Assembly (NCBI GenBank): GCA_903858105.1
Contig: CAIOHN010000192.1
Coordinates: forward strand, 1-48,001
Length of the DNA: 48,001 nucleotides
DNA from: an uncultured Pseudomonadota bacterium
GTDB lineage: Bacteria > Pseudomonadota > Gammaproteobacteria > Methylococcales > Methylomonadaceae
Direction of reading: 5' to 3'
Shown in pieces: positions 9,100 to 18,211 of the stretch. The position numbers and the translations under genes are program-made. The notes under the pieces are model-generated. The model searched no databases and was not told where the DNA came from. It saw only the letters and a program-made list of their open reading frames with translations. The number at the start of each line of letters is the position of its first letter. The first letter of the stretch is position 1.

Positions 9100-10397
9100 G
9101 ACATTGCATTCAGACCCGGCGTTTTCACAAGCGCCTGCTCAACCGCGTGCCAAGGTTTGGCCAATAGCGCCAAGACCAATGCTTCAATACCAAAATACAG
9201 CGGATTAGCCCAAGCCGCGCCCGGCAAACCAAATTGACTAACCATTAATGGAATACTGATCGCCGCACTCACGACCCCGCACACCCGGCCTTTCAACAAA
9301 ATTTTGGTGCGCTTGCGCGCCAGCAGCGGTTGCGCAAGCGCCGTACCCAAGGCATGCAAAGCACAGCCCAGCGCCATGGCCGGCATCAAATTTACTGCCG
9401 TGTGGTAAGACTCGGCTAACACCAAAGATGCCACCCAATCTTTAGTCAACAGCACCACCAGCAAACCCAGCACTCCCAAACCGGCCACGCTAGAAATCCA
9501 CACCCACAAAACCGCATAGGCCTGCCGAATGTTGTTGGCCGAAAACGCCTGAAAATACGCTGGCTGAAACGTGCGTAACAACACCATCGCACTGCGATTA
9601 AAGGCTTCGTTGACGATGGTATAGGTGGCCGCGTACAAACCTACGTCGGCGGCGGTCAGCAAATAACCGATCACATAACGATCACCCAGACCATTAATCC
9701 AAAAAATCAATTCCATCGGAATCAAGGGCAAGGCATACACCCAAACCTCGCGACCAAAATGCCGACTTGCCGACGCTTGTGCTGGTACTGCGCGACGACG
9801 TCTGGCGACGATCCAGATCAAGTTCGATAACAAACTGGCCAGGATATAACCCAGCAACACCCATTCGGCATTGCCGCCCAGATACCAAACCAAACCAATC
9901 GCCAACAGCGGTCGCAAAATGCTATCGCTGGTTTGCCACAAACTTGCCAAGCGCTGCTTACGCTCGCCTATCGCTAACTGGATACCCAATTCGCGTTGCA
10001 CCGTAATCGCCAACAACAAGCCGGCCAACACAAACAAAATCATATTGCCATCGGCAAACTGACCATAAATCAAGCCCGCCAAAATCAGCGCCGCTATTGC
10101 CAGGCCGGTGGCTTTTAAAGTCAATCCGGCGACCGCCGCATGCAAGCCAAGGCGCTCGGCGGGGTTTTGACATTCAGGGACAATACGCATACCGGCGCAG
10201 ATAAACGGGTAGGAAAACACCGCCACCCCCAGCGCCACAAAACCGTTCAATAAAGCCACCTGCCCATACACATCCGGTGCGATCAACTCGGTCAGCAAGC
10301 GGGTACCCAGCAGCAAAGCCACTGCGGAAGCCATTTGTCCAAACAAGGCCCAAAAGGCGTCGCCGAATAATTGGGTTTGTGAGATAGCCTTAAACAT
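9090..10397 (-). CDS. wzx: Wzx-type oligosaccharide flippase
   Basis: Polytopic membrane protein with LTELIAPDVYG and DRYVIGYLLTAADVGLYAATY (MOP/PST flippase signature), in an EPS cluster. Confidence 0.8.
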   Translation of the reverse strand: MFKAISQTQLFGDAFWALFGQMASAVALLLGTRLLTELIAPDVYGQVALLNGFVALGVAVFSYPFICAGMRIVPECQNPAERLGLHAAVAGLTLKATGLAIAALILAGLIYGQFADGNMILFVLAGLLLAITVQRELGIQLAIGERKQRLASLWQTSDSILRPLLAIGLVWYLGGNAEWVLLGYILASLLSNLIWIVARRRRAVPAQASASRHFGREVWVYALPLIPMELIFWINGLGDRYVIGYLLTAADVGLYAATYTIVNEAFNRSAMVLLRTFQPAYFQAFSANNIRQAYAVLWVWISSVAGLGVLGLLVVLLTKDWVASLVLAESYHTAVNLMPAMALGCALHALGTALAQPLLARKRTKILLKGRVCGVVSAAISIPLMVSQFGLPGAAWANPLYFGIEALVLALLAKPWHAVEQALVKTPGLNAMSLT

Positions 10398-10408
10398 ATC
10401 CGTTTTCC

Positions 10409-11662
10409 TTAAGGTGTCTGCCGGACATAACCGGTATCGACTGGCAAAATGTGCGCCCGTCTGGCAGCGGCCTCAGATTTAACGGTACGTCCCAACACCA
10501 GTCCCCACAAAAACATCAAAATGGCGTTCTGCGGAAAGTACTCCCACATATTAAATGTCAGCCCGGCCACGAAGATAAACATCGTCACCAAGCCTTTATT
10601 AGGGTGGACAGACATCCGTGTCGTAGTCCATAAAAACATCAGGTACGCCAGCAATCCCAGCACGCCGTAGCCATTTAACAAAAACAAATACAAGCTGTCC
10701 GAATCAAACTGGCCCGGAAAATACTCGGCCCCAAACAACAGATTGACGGTGTTGGAACTCAAGCCCAAACCCCAACCAAACAGCACGTCCATCGGACCGT
10801 GCACATGGTGCTCAAACACCCGTTGCCACAAATCCAACCTACCGTCCTGGGTAGGATCAGCATCGTCGCGACCACTTAACAAGGGGCTGGAGGCTAAAAT
10901 TAAAGCGCCCACCGCCAAGATCGGGGCTGGCATCAGCAAGGCCCAGCGATCACGAGGGCGCAACGCGCAATAAACTTGAAAAAACACCACCAGCAAAGCG
11001 CTGATAAATGCGGTACGCGAGCCACTCAGCAAGGCCAAAAACACGCTCAGGGCCAACCAGCGGCGCATGCCGGGCACCAAAGCAAACAACAATGCGCAAG
11101 TCGCCATGGTCGCGCCAAACAAATTGGGACTTACAAAGCTACCAAATGGCCGCCCGCCGCCCAGCATCGACACCCCAAATAAAGGCGGCGCCCATAAAGC
11201 CTGTGCCAAAGCCAACCCGGTCTGCAAAACCATGTAATAGCGCAGATAACCGGCAAATTTGCTCACAACATAATCGCCAGCACCCAAACCACTGGTCACA
11301 AAACCAATCAAAGCCAGCGGCAGGTATTCAAATACCCGCAAGCCAGTCATCGGCACAATCAATGGCAAATCCAGATACAAGGCATAGGCCACTTCAAACA
11401 ATACATAGCTGGCGATCACGCCCAAAAACGCCAACACCGAACTACAAAAAATGCCGTTACGCAACCGCGGTTCCAGCCAGGCGTAGACGATCAATACCCC
11501 CAGCAAGGCTTCGCGTAACAAGCGCAAACCCACATCCTGCTCGCCGTACACTTCTTTAATCCCCAGCCAGGCCGATTCGACTTGCGGCAATGACGCCACT
11601 GTCGAGGCGCTAACCAAGGCAAACAACAGCATCGGCAGGTCTTTTTCCAGGCGGATTTTCAT
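10409..11662 (-). CDS. wzy: Putative Wzy polysaccharide polymerase / O-antigen ligase family protein
   Basis: Many TM helices with RPFGSFVSPN, LSGSRTA, GRLDLW, FGWGLG and DSLYL..GVLG motifs. Confidence 0.7.
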   Translation of the reverse strand: MKIRLEKDLPMLLFALVSASTVASLPQVESAWLGIKEVYGEQDVGLRLLREALLGVLIVYAWLEPRLRNGIFCSSVLAFLGVIASYVLFEVAYALYLDLPLIVPMTGLRVFEYLPLALIGFVTSGLGAGDYVVSKFAGYLRYYMVLQTGLALAQALWAPPLFGVSMLGGGRPFGSFVSPNLFGATMATCALLFALVPGMRRWLALSVFLALLSGSRTAFISALLVVFFQVYCALRPRDRWALLMPAPILAVGALILASSPLLSGRDDADPTQDGRLDLWQRVFEHHVHGPMDVLFGWGLGLSSNTVNLLFGAEYFPGQFDSDSLYLFLLNGYGVLGLLAYLMFLWTTTRMSVHPNKGLVTMFIFVAGLTFNMWEYFPQNAILMFLWGLVLGRTVKSEAAARRAHILPVDTGYVRQTP

Positions 11663-11671
11663 CGGCGCTGC

Positions 11672-14023
11672 TTAAACCCGCTCGTCGGCTTCAGCGGCAA
11701 CCGGCAACAACTCACGCTCCATTTGCTTGCCCAACCAATCGCCGACTGCATGATATTTGTCTTCCCAACTAGACTCGGACTTGGGTTCCTGATCGGCCCG
11801 CTGGTAGGCATAGCCGTAATACGGATAGTAAGACGAGCCTTCCTTCATATCGTTGATGATGAAGCCGTTAGGTTTGATACCGACTTGCTGGAAACGACGG
11901 GCGCTAACTTCCAATTCCTGCGCGGTATAGCGACCTTCTTTCACCACCAGAAAAGTGGCGTCGGCGTGTTTACCCAAAATCGCCGCGTCAGTGGCGCCCA
12001 AAATCGGCGGCGAATCGATGACGATATGGTTATAAAAGCTTTTTAATTGCTCCAACATCTCGGGAAGCTCGCCCAACACCAATAACTCAGCCGGGTTTAG
12101 CACCATATTGCCTCGTGGAATCAAATCGATGCCCACGCCTGGCAAGCTGATAATCACTTCGCCCAGCGTGGCTCTGCCAGCCAGTAAATCCGACAAACCA
12201 AGTTGCTTGCCAACCCCAAAAGTATCGTGCAAGCGACCATTACGCATGTCGGCGTCGATCACCAGCACCCGTTTTTTGATGCTGGCCAGCAAGGCTGACA
12301 AATTGGCGCTGACAAATGACTTGCCCATGCCCGGTGCCGGACTGCTGACCATGATGACTTTGCTTTCATGTTGCGCCAGCGTCGCTTCCAGGGTGGTACG
12401 CAGGCCCCGCAAAGACTCCACTGAAATATCCAGTGGGTCTTGACTCACCAAAATCCCGCTGTCGCGATCTTTGCCCAACAAACGACCAATCTTGTGTTGT
12501 TTTTTGCTATGCGGAATCGCCGCGAACATCGGTATGCCTACTTGATGTTCCAGCAAAGCCGGATAATTGTCGTGGCGTTGCAGCGAATGTCTCAAGAAAA
12601 TCAACGCCGATCCCAAACTCAAGCCCAACAAGCCAGCAATCGCCAACAACAAACTAGGCTTAGGCCAATACGGTTTTTCTGGGGTGACTGCAAAATCGAC
12701 AATCCGCGAGTTACCCAAAGAACCCGCCGCCGCGATACGTTGCTCCTGGGCGCTGTTCAGCAGCGAGGTATACAACTGGGTATTAACTTCCACATCGCGG
12801 GCCAGACTCACCATGTTTTGCTGGGTGCGCGGCAGGTCTTTGATACGTTTTTCCAAAGCCGCCAGTTTGTTGTTGACGCGTTTGATCTGGGCGTTGGTGG
12901 CCATCATGTCCGGATGCTCTGACTCCAGGCGCTGGCTTTGCTCGTCGTATTTTTGTTTGAGCTGAATGCCTAAGGTTTCCATATCCGAGGCTTGTTTCAG
13001 CAAAATCTCGGCTTCAGCAGAAATATCCACCGCGCCGTGTTGCTGACGATAAGCGCTCAAACCTTGCTCGGCTTTTTCCAGACGTTCTTTAACGATAGGC
13101 AACTGGCTTTCCAGAAAACCCAATTTTTGCGACGCTTCTGCCGACTCCCAGTTCACCGTGGCATTGACGTAAATCGCCGCAATATCGTTCACCGATTTGG
13201 CCAACTGTTCCGGGTCGCGGCCTTTTAACTCCACGCTCAGAATGTCGGTGTCTTTGGATACTTCCTTGACCGCAAAGGCTTTCTGCAAGGTTTCGATAGC
13301 CGATAAAGCCGTCCTGCGGGTCAATTCAAAATGTGTACCGGCATGCGCCTCCAGTTCATCGATTTTAATCATCACCGGCGTTTTTTCGCCGACCTCGCCG
13401 GTTAACACATCGCCGACATTACCTTCGATTACCACGTCGCCTTTCGGGCTAATTAATTCAAAGCGCCCTGCTTCCAAAGCAATCAGGGTAAATTCTTTTT
13501 CCAGGTAGCGATCCGGCACGTCAAAGGCGGCGATTTTCAACTTCTCGCCGCCCCAGGCCCAACGACTAAAACCCCACCAGGCATCAGATGCCGCATCGTG
13601 CGCATCGTGTTTGCGCGCCAGCGTTTCACCAATAACAGGAAAGAAATACGGCTCGGCTTCGATAGCCAGATTCAGGTTTTCGACCACTTTGCCCAGCACC
13701 GAACGCGAACGCAAAATCTCCACTTCGCGTTGCGCTCTGGGGCTTTCGGCTTCGGCGGGCGCTTGATTGGCTTCGCTACGCAAGCTAGCCGACAGCAAGG
13801 CTTTGTTTTTATCGATCCGCAACAAGGCGTCGGCTTTGTAGGTGCGCGGCGCCAGTACCAGGTAAACCGAAGTCACCAGCAGCACCGAACACAAAACGAT
13901 AAAAATGGTCTTTTTGCCTTCGATCAGCAAATCGACATAATCCCGAATACTCACGCCCTGCTCTTCGAGCCGGGACTGATTCAGCGGCGAAAACACAGGG
14001 GTAGCTTCAATTTTTGCTTGCAT
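11672..14023 (-). CDS. wzc: Polysaccharide co-polymerase / tyrosine autokinase Wzc
   Basis: Wzz-like N-terminus, ESLRGLRT, Walker A SPAPGMGKS, IDADMR, IDSPP and a C-terminal Tyr cluster SSYYPYYGYAY. Confidence 0.93.
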   Translation of the reverse strand: MQAKIEATPVFSPLNQSRLEEQGVSIRDYVDLLIEGKKTIFIVLCSVLLVTSVYLVLAPRTYKADALLRIDKNKALLSASLRSEANQAPAEAESPRAQREVEILRSRSVLGKVVENLNLAIEAEPYFFPVIGETLARKHDAHDAASDAWWGFSRWAWGGEKLKIAAFDVPDRYLEKEFTLIALEAGRFELISPKGDVVIEGNVGDVLTGEVGEKTPVMIKIDELEAHAGTHFELTRRTALSAIETLQKAFAVKEVSKDTDILSVELKGRDPEQLAKSVNDIAAIYVNATVNWESAEASQKLGFLESQLPIVKERLEKAEQGLSAYRQQHGAVDISAEAEILLKQASDMETLGIQLKQKYDEQSQRLESEHPDMMATNAQIKRVNNKLAALEKRIKDLPRTQQNMVSLARDVEVNTQLYTSLLNSAQEQRIAAAGSLGNSRIVDFAVTPEKPYWPKPSLLLAIAGLLGLSLGSALIFLRHSLQRHDNYPALLEHQVGIPMFAAIPHSKKQHKIGRLLGKDRDSGILVSQDPLDISVESLRGLRTTLEATLAQHESKVIMVSSPAPGMGKSFVSANLSALLASIKKRVLVIDADMRNGRLHDTFGVGKQLGLSDLLAGRATLGEVIISLPGVGIDLIPRGNMVLNPAELLVLGELPEMLEQLKSFYNHIVIDSPPILGATDAAILGKHADATFLVVKEGRYTAQELEVSARRFQQVGIKPNGFIINDMKEGSSYYPYYGYAYQRADQEPKSESSWEDKYHAVGDWLGKQMERELLPVAAEADERV

Positions 14024-14085
14024 AATTTTTCGTAAACCAAATTGGTTGAAAAGAAAATCTTGTTAAACCCTTAACCTGAGTAAGC

Positions 14086-15186
14086 CTACATCCCCATCAT
14101 CGCCGCTTGCGACATGATGGCGGTGAACGATCCCGGTAAAATCTGGTTCAGCACCCGCGACCATTGCGTCACACCGGCAGTACCAATGAACAGCGTGTCG
14201 TGAGCTTGTAGCGGAAATTGATCGGCCAGAATCATGGCATCCGGCGATTCGCCATTTAATTGGAAAATCTCGGGATGCATGTCGCCCGCGCGAATCACGT
14301 AAATATCGCCGGGCCGCGAGGTATTAAAGTCAACCCCGGACGCCTCGGCCAAAGCCTGCGACAAACTCATCCGACCTTTATTGATCTGAATGGCTTGCTG
14401 GCGATTGGCCTCGCCCATGACAAATACTTTGCTGTCTTTTTGATCGCCGACATTCAACACATCGCCGTCTTTTAACAGCAGGTTATGGCTGGTCAGGCCT
14501 TTTTCGTACATGGACTGCACATCCAGTTTGTAGAGTTTGCCGTCACGAGCCAGCGCCACATTGGCAAAATCGGAATCTTTGGTAGAACCGCCAGCCCTGG
14601 TGATGGCTTCCGCCACAGTCAACGGCGTTTCGTTCATGGTTTGCACGCCAGGACGGGTAACCTCGCCCACTACTGCCACCCGGTGCGCCTGGAAAGACAA
14701 CACGCGAATATCCAGTTTGACCTTTTTAAAGTATTTGGACAGTTCGTGAGTCAAATCGGCGCGCGCTTCAGTGACGGTCTTGCCGGCCACATGAATAGCG
14801 CCAACATAGGGGTAATACAGATCGCCATTCTCATCCACCACTTTACCGGCCATTTCCGGGGCGATTTTTTCGCCGCCGGGATCGTTTAGTTCAGGGTGTT
14901 CCCAAACGGTAATCTGCAATCTGTCCTGCGGACCGATGCGGTAACTGGTTTTATTGGGATCTACCGGCGGCAAGCTGTTGATGGCTTGCCGGCGATTGGC
15001 TTCCCGCTCGATAATCAAATCGGCGGTGATCGGCACGATACGGACTTTTTCTTTTACCAACTGCCCGTCTTTATTGGTTGGCAGCTCGATTTCGGTCATG
15101 CCGTTATCGTTGTTCATATCCATGCCCGGTGCCAGAAAACAGCCTGGCAAGGTTAAAACCAGCATGATGGGAATCAATCTAAACAT
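14086..15186 (-). CDS. wza: Outer-membrane polysaccharide export lipoprotein Wza
   Basis: Lipobox LPGC, YRIGPQDRLQITVWEHPEL, YPYVG, SLBB repeats and WSRVLNQILP. Confidence 0.93.
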   Translation of the reverse strand: MFRLIPIMLVLTLPGCFLAPGMDMNNDNGMTEIELPTNKDGQLVKEKVRIVPITADLIIEREANRRQAINSLPPVDPNKTSYRIGPQDRLQITVWEHPELNDPGGEKIAPEMAGKVVDENGDLYYPYVGAIHVAGKTVTEARADLTHELSKYFKKVKLDIRVLSFQAHRVAVVGEVTRPGVQTMNETPLTVAEAITRAGGSTKDSDFANVALARDGKLYKLDVQSMYEKGLTSHNLLLKDGDVLNVGDQKDSKVFVMGEANRQQAIQINKGRMSLSQALAEASGVDFNTSRPGDIYVIRAGDMHPEIFQLNGESPDAMILADQFPLQAHDTLFIGTAGVTQWSRVLNQILPGSFTAIMSQAAMMGM

Positions 15187-15199
15187 GTTCAATGGTTCC

Positions 15200-16621
15200 T
15201 TAGTAAGCGTTTTTATTGATAAAACCGGTCAGCACGGTGCGGAAGGCGATCTCCAGATCAAACCAGACCGACCAATGCTGGATGTAATACAAATCGTGTT
15301 CGATGCGACGATTCAAATCGGTGTCGCCGCGCCAGCCGTTGACTTGCGCCCAGCCAGTAATACCGGCTTTAACCATGTGTTTTTTCATGTAGTTGGGCAC
15401 TTGCTCTTTAAACACTTCGACAAAATCAGGGCGCTCAGGGCGTGGGCCGACCAGCGACATATCGCCCAGCAATACGTTGATCAATTGCGGCAGTTCGTCC
15501 AGGCTGGTTTTGCGCAGGAAAGCCCCGAACGGTGTGGCGCGATTTTCGCCGGGCTTGGCCCAGACTGCGCCGGTGTTGGCTTCGGCATCGACCGGCATGG
15601 AGCGAAACTTCAGCATGGTGAAGGAACGATTATTCCAGCCCACCCGCTCCTGGCGATAAAACACCGGGCCGCGTGAACTCAATTTGACGCCGATAGCCAG
15701 AAACAACATTAACGGGCTGATCAGCAGCAGCAACACGAAAGCCAGCAATCTATCTTCCAACTCTTTGATGTAGCGATTAACGCCATGCAGCGGCGACACG
15801 GAGAAATCCAGCGTCGGGATACCGGCCACGGTGTTAAGGCTAAGAAATTTGCTTTGTTTGAAGGCAAAACAGTCAATCACCAAGCGTATGCTGACCGGCA
15901 GATGTCTTAATTGATATTGGGCGCGTTCAGTTAAGGATTCGCCTTGATACGCCACCCAGACTTCGTCGATCGACTGCTCCGCGATGATGGCGGCTAAATC
16001 CTCCAATTTGCCCAGACGTGGCAGCGAGGCATCGTGCAGCGCATGCCGGTCTTCGCCTCTATCATCGACATAACCGACTACTTGCAAGCCGGCCCAGGAC
16101 GAATGATTCAACTGGCGACTAACCGCCACCGCCATTTGATTTAAACCGACCATGACAATCCGGCCTTGCGACCAGCCGCGAGCCCGCAACCAGCCCAACA
16201 CTTGCGCCAACAGCGCCCGAGCACTTAATACAAACGTCAGCCCCAACACACCCCAGGAGGCAATCCAGCGATAACTGGAACCAAACCAAAAGTGCATTCT
16301 GACTAATGCCACGATGGTTACCACCGCCAATAAAGCCGAAATCCAGGCTCTGACGATACGGGCAATCTCGCCGCGCATCGCATCGTTGCGCCAGGGCCGA
16401 TACACCTGACCAATTTCAAAAAAGATGATGGCCCCGAGTATGCCCAGCGCGATGACGATCCGGTAATCCTGATCGATGCCATAATCGCGCAACCAGTAAT
16501 AGTGAGTCACCCAGGCAGCGGCAAACAACATGGCAACGTCGATGATGCGCAGCAACAGAATCACCGTATGACCGTACTGCTTGAAGAGCCCGTTGAAAAT
16601 ATTTCCCAAACCGAGTGGCAT
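15200..16621 (-). CDS. wcaJ: Undecaprenyl-phosphate glucose phosphotransferase (priming glycosyltransferase)
   Basis: KFRSM, RKTSLDELPQLINVLLGDMSLVGPRPE, KAGITGWAQVNG and DLYYI motifs. Start placed at ATG 16621 after AGGGG. Confidence 0.9.
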   Translation of the reverse strand: MPLGLGNIFNGLFKQYGHTVILLLRIIDVAMLFAAAWVTHYYWLRDYGIDQDYRIVIALGILGAIIFFEIGQVYRPWRNDAMRGEIARIVRAWISALLAVVTIVALVRMHFWFGSSYRWIASWGVLGLTFVLSARALLAQVLGWLRARGWSQGRIVMVGLNQMAVAVSRQLNHSSWAGLQVVGYVDDRGEDRHALHDASLPRLGKLEDLAAIIAEQSIDEVWVAYQGESLTERAQYQLRHLPVSIRLVIDCFAFKQSKFLSLNTVAGIPTLDFSVSPLHGVNRYIKELEDRLLAFVLLLLISPLMLFLAIGVKLSSRGPVFYRQERVGWNNRSFTMLKFRSMPVDAEANTGAVWAKPGENRATPFGAFLRKTSLDELPQLINVLLGDMSLVGPRPERPDFVEVFKEQVPNYMKKHMVKAGITGWAQVNGWRGDTDLNRRIEHDLYYIQHWSVWFDLEIAFRTVLTGFINKNAY

Positions 16622-16696
16622 GTCTATTAATCCCCTGTGTTGTCCTTTTCCAATAACCAACCGATAAAACCGGTTTGTTACGCTTAGGTGCAAAGA

Positions 16697-16770
16697 TTAC
16701 AGAGGCAAGATGAGGAAAATCTGCGGGTTTGATTAAGATCGAATTAGGAAAGGCTTAACTTTGGATGAAG
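16697..16770 (-). promoter_or_regulatory. Putative EPS operon promoter with four 11-bp-periodic direct repeats (copy B)
   Basis: Minus strand reads CTTCATC-caaa-GTTAAGC-cttt-CCTAATT-cgat-CTTAATC, then a -10-like TAATCT. Similar to 4043-4106. Confidence 0.55.
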
Positions 16771-16862
16771 GCCGCATAACGCTAGCGGCCTTTAGGAAAA
16801 GGTCAGCGCTGATCAAATAAGTCGGCCTTAGCCAACGGCTTTAATCAGCGCCCCACAATCAC

Positions 16863-17717
16863 TTACACGGCATTTTTTTTGCCTTTAGCCAAACCCAGCA
16901 AACCCAGCATGCCGCTCATAAACAACCAGGTTGCGCCCGGCAAGGGCACTGCGGAGACCCCAGATACCGAAAAGGCTTGATTGAAAGCCGTGCCGCCTAC
17001 AATATCGGTGCCGATTCTCAACCAATCAGGTGCCAGGTTGCCATCGCGAATCCAGGATTGCAGATCAGGCGTGAATGGGCCGCTACCGCCGACTATCGGT
17101 TTAGCCGCCGACAGCCAGAGGAAATTACCGTTTTTCAGTTCCACCTGCGGGACAAAAAAGTAATGGTCTGCCGCCAGCGACATCGCGTTGTTAAAATTTA
17201 CCTCAAATCGCACTTCCTGACCGCTGACTGGCCCTTCACCGCCGGTAGTCTGGTTGGGAAGCGGATGAATGCCGTTGAGTACCGAATTTGCGGCGGTTGC
17301 ACTGTTATTCAAAGAAGTAACGCTAAAGCTTAAAGAGCCTGCTGCCGATTCGCGGCCATCGAAGGCGATGTCTGACGGCGAGTTAACGCGGGTCGGCACG
17401 CGGCCTGAGGGTGGGCTTACAGAATCCTTGGAGAATACCCGATAGATTTCTACATTCACATTGGCAATATCCCCCAGCGTGGCGCCGTTGGTTAATAGCC
17501 CGGTAAATGTGGCGTGGTTTAACTGGGTTTGCTGCGTCAACACGAAGTCGTCAGCCGATTCTATTTCGGCATTACCGGTTCCGCCGATCTGCGCGCCTGC
17601 GCCGAGTCTAAAATCCGCATCGCCGGTGCTGAAAGAAAATGCAGCGGCTTGGGCGTGGTGGGCGTTGGCTGCGAACAGTGTCGAAATGGCCAGCATAGGT
17701 ATGAATTTGTATTGCAT
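16863..17717 (-). CDS. Secreted VPLPA-CTERM (PEP-CTERM-like) sorting-domain protein
   Basis: AAGGAG RBS before ATG 17717. Signal peptide ending ...AQA. C-terminal AVPLPGATWLFMSGMLGLLGLAKGKK (motif, TM helix, basic tail). Confidence 0.88.
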   Translation of the reverse strand: MQYKFIPMLAISTLFAANAHHAQAAAFSFSTGDADFRLGAGAQIGGTGNAEIESADDFVLTQQTQLNHATFTGLLTNGATLGDIANVNVEIYRVFSKDSVSPPSGRVPTRVNSPSDIAFDGRESAAGSLSFSVTSLNNSATAANSVLNGIHPLPNQTTGGEGPVSGQEVRFEVNFNNAMSLAADHYFFVPQVELKNGNFLWLSAAKPIVGGSGPFTPDLQSWIRDGNLAPDWLRIGTDIVGGTAFNQAFSVSGVSAVPLPGATWLFMSGMLGLLGLAKGKKNAV

Positions 17718-17804
17718 GTGATTACTCCTTAAACAGATAAAAGTAATGAGGCACTTAGCTGTGCCACATATCAAGAAACTGATTCCAGCTTCTAATAATC
17801 TCAA

Positions 17805-17821
17805 TGCGAGTAACATGCCAA
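17805..17821 (-). promoter_or_regulatory. sigma54 (-24/-12) promoter of the VPLPA-CTERM gene
   Basis: Minus strand TTGGCATGTTACTCGCA with correct GG-N10-GC spacing, and an AT-rich tract just upstream. Confidence 0.7.
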
Positions 17822-17884
17822 AAGTAATAACAAAAATATTTATCTTAAAAATCATAACGTTAAAACAAATCATACTAAACTGAT

Positions 17885-17998
17885 CGCAACCCAGGGATGC
17901 GACGAAAGTTGCTGAGGAAAAGCTGAAAATGCGATGCAGCCACACAGCAAGCGGCCTAGGCAGCAATCCGGGTTGCTGCCGCAGCAACTTTTGTCGCA
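17885..17998. promoter_or_regulatory. Cluster of GCAAC-N4-GTTGC-like palindromes (candidate enhancer/UAS)
   Basis: GCGACgaaaGTTGC, GCAATccggGTTGC and GCAACttttGTCGC, plus a degenerate GCAACccaggGATGC. 17898-17914 and 17982-17998 form a 16/17 inverted repeat. Confidence 0.6.
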
Positions 17999-18211
17999 GA
18001 CTAAATTAAGCACTGCCTTCGGTGATTTTAAACCTCTGGTAGTGCGGCTTTAGCTGTCGCATTACCTAAAACGCTAATGCTTGATAATGTTATGCAGAAG
18101 CCATGCACCACTATCATGGGAACGACTACAAAATTTAAGCGTACCGCCATTGCATTCAAGGATAGAATGAGAAATCCAACTTAAAAGCCGAACTTTCTGC
18201 GATAAGCCAAC

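Noticed and set aside
14954-15676. 240-aa + strand ORF antisense to wza/wcaJ
   Set aside because: Shadow frame of conserved genes with no recognisable motif.
17750-17766. TGGCAC-containing palindrome as a sigma54 promoter for the VPLPA-CTERM gene
   Set aside because: Spacing is GG-N11-GC on both strands. The site at 17805-17821 has the correct N10 spacing.
17718-17987. 90-aa N-terminal extension of the VPLPA-CTERM ORF in the ORF track
   Set aside because: A strong RBS and signal peptide begin at ATG 17717, and the extension covers the promoter and enhancer region.
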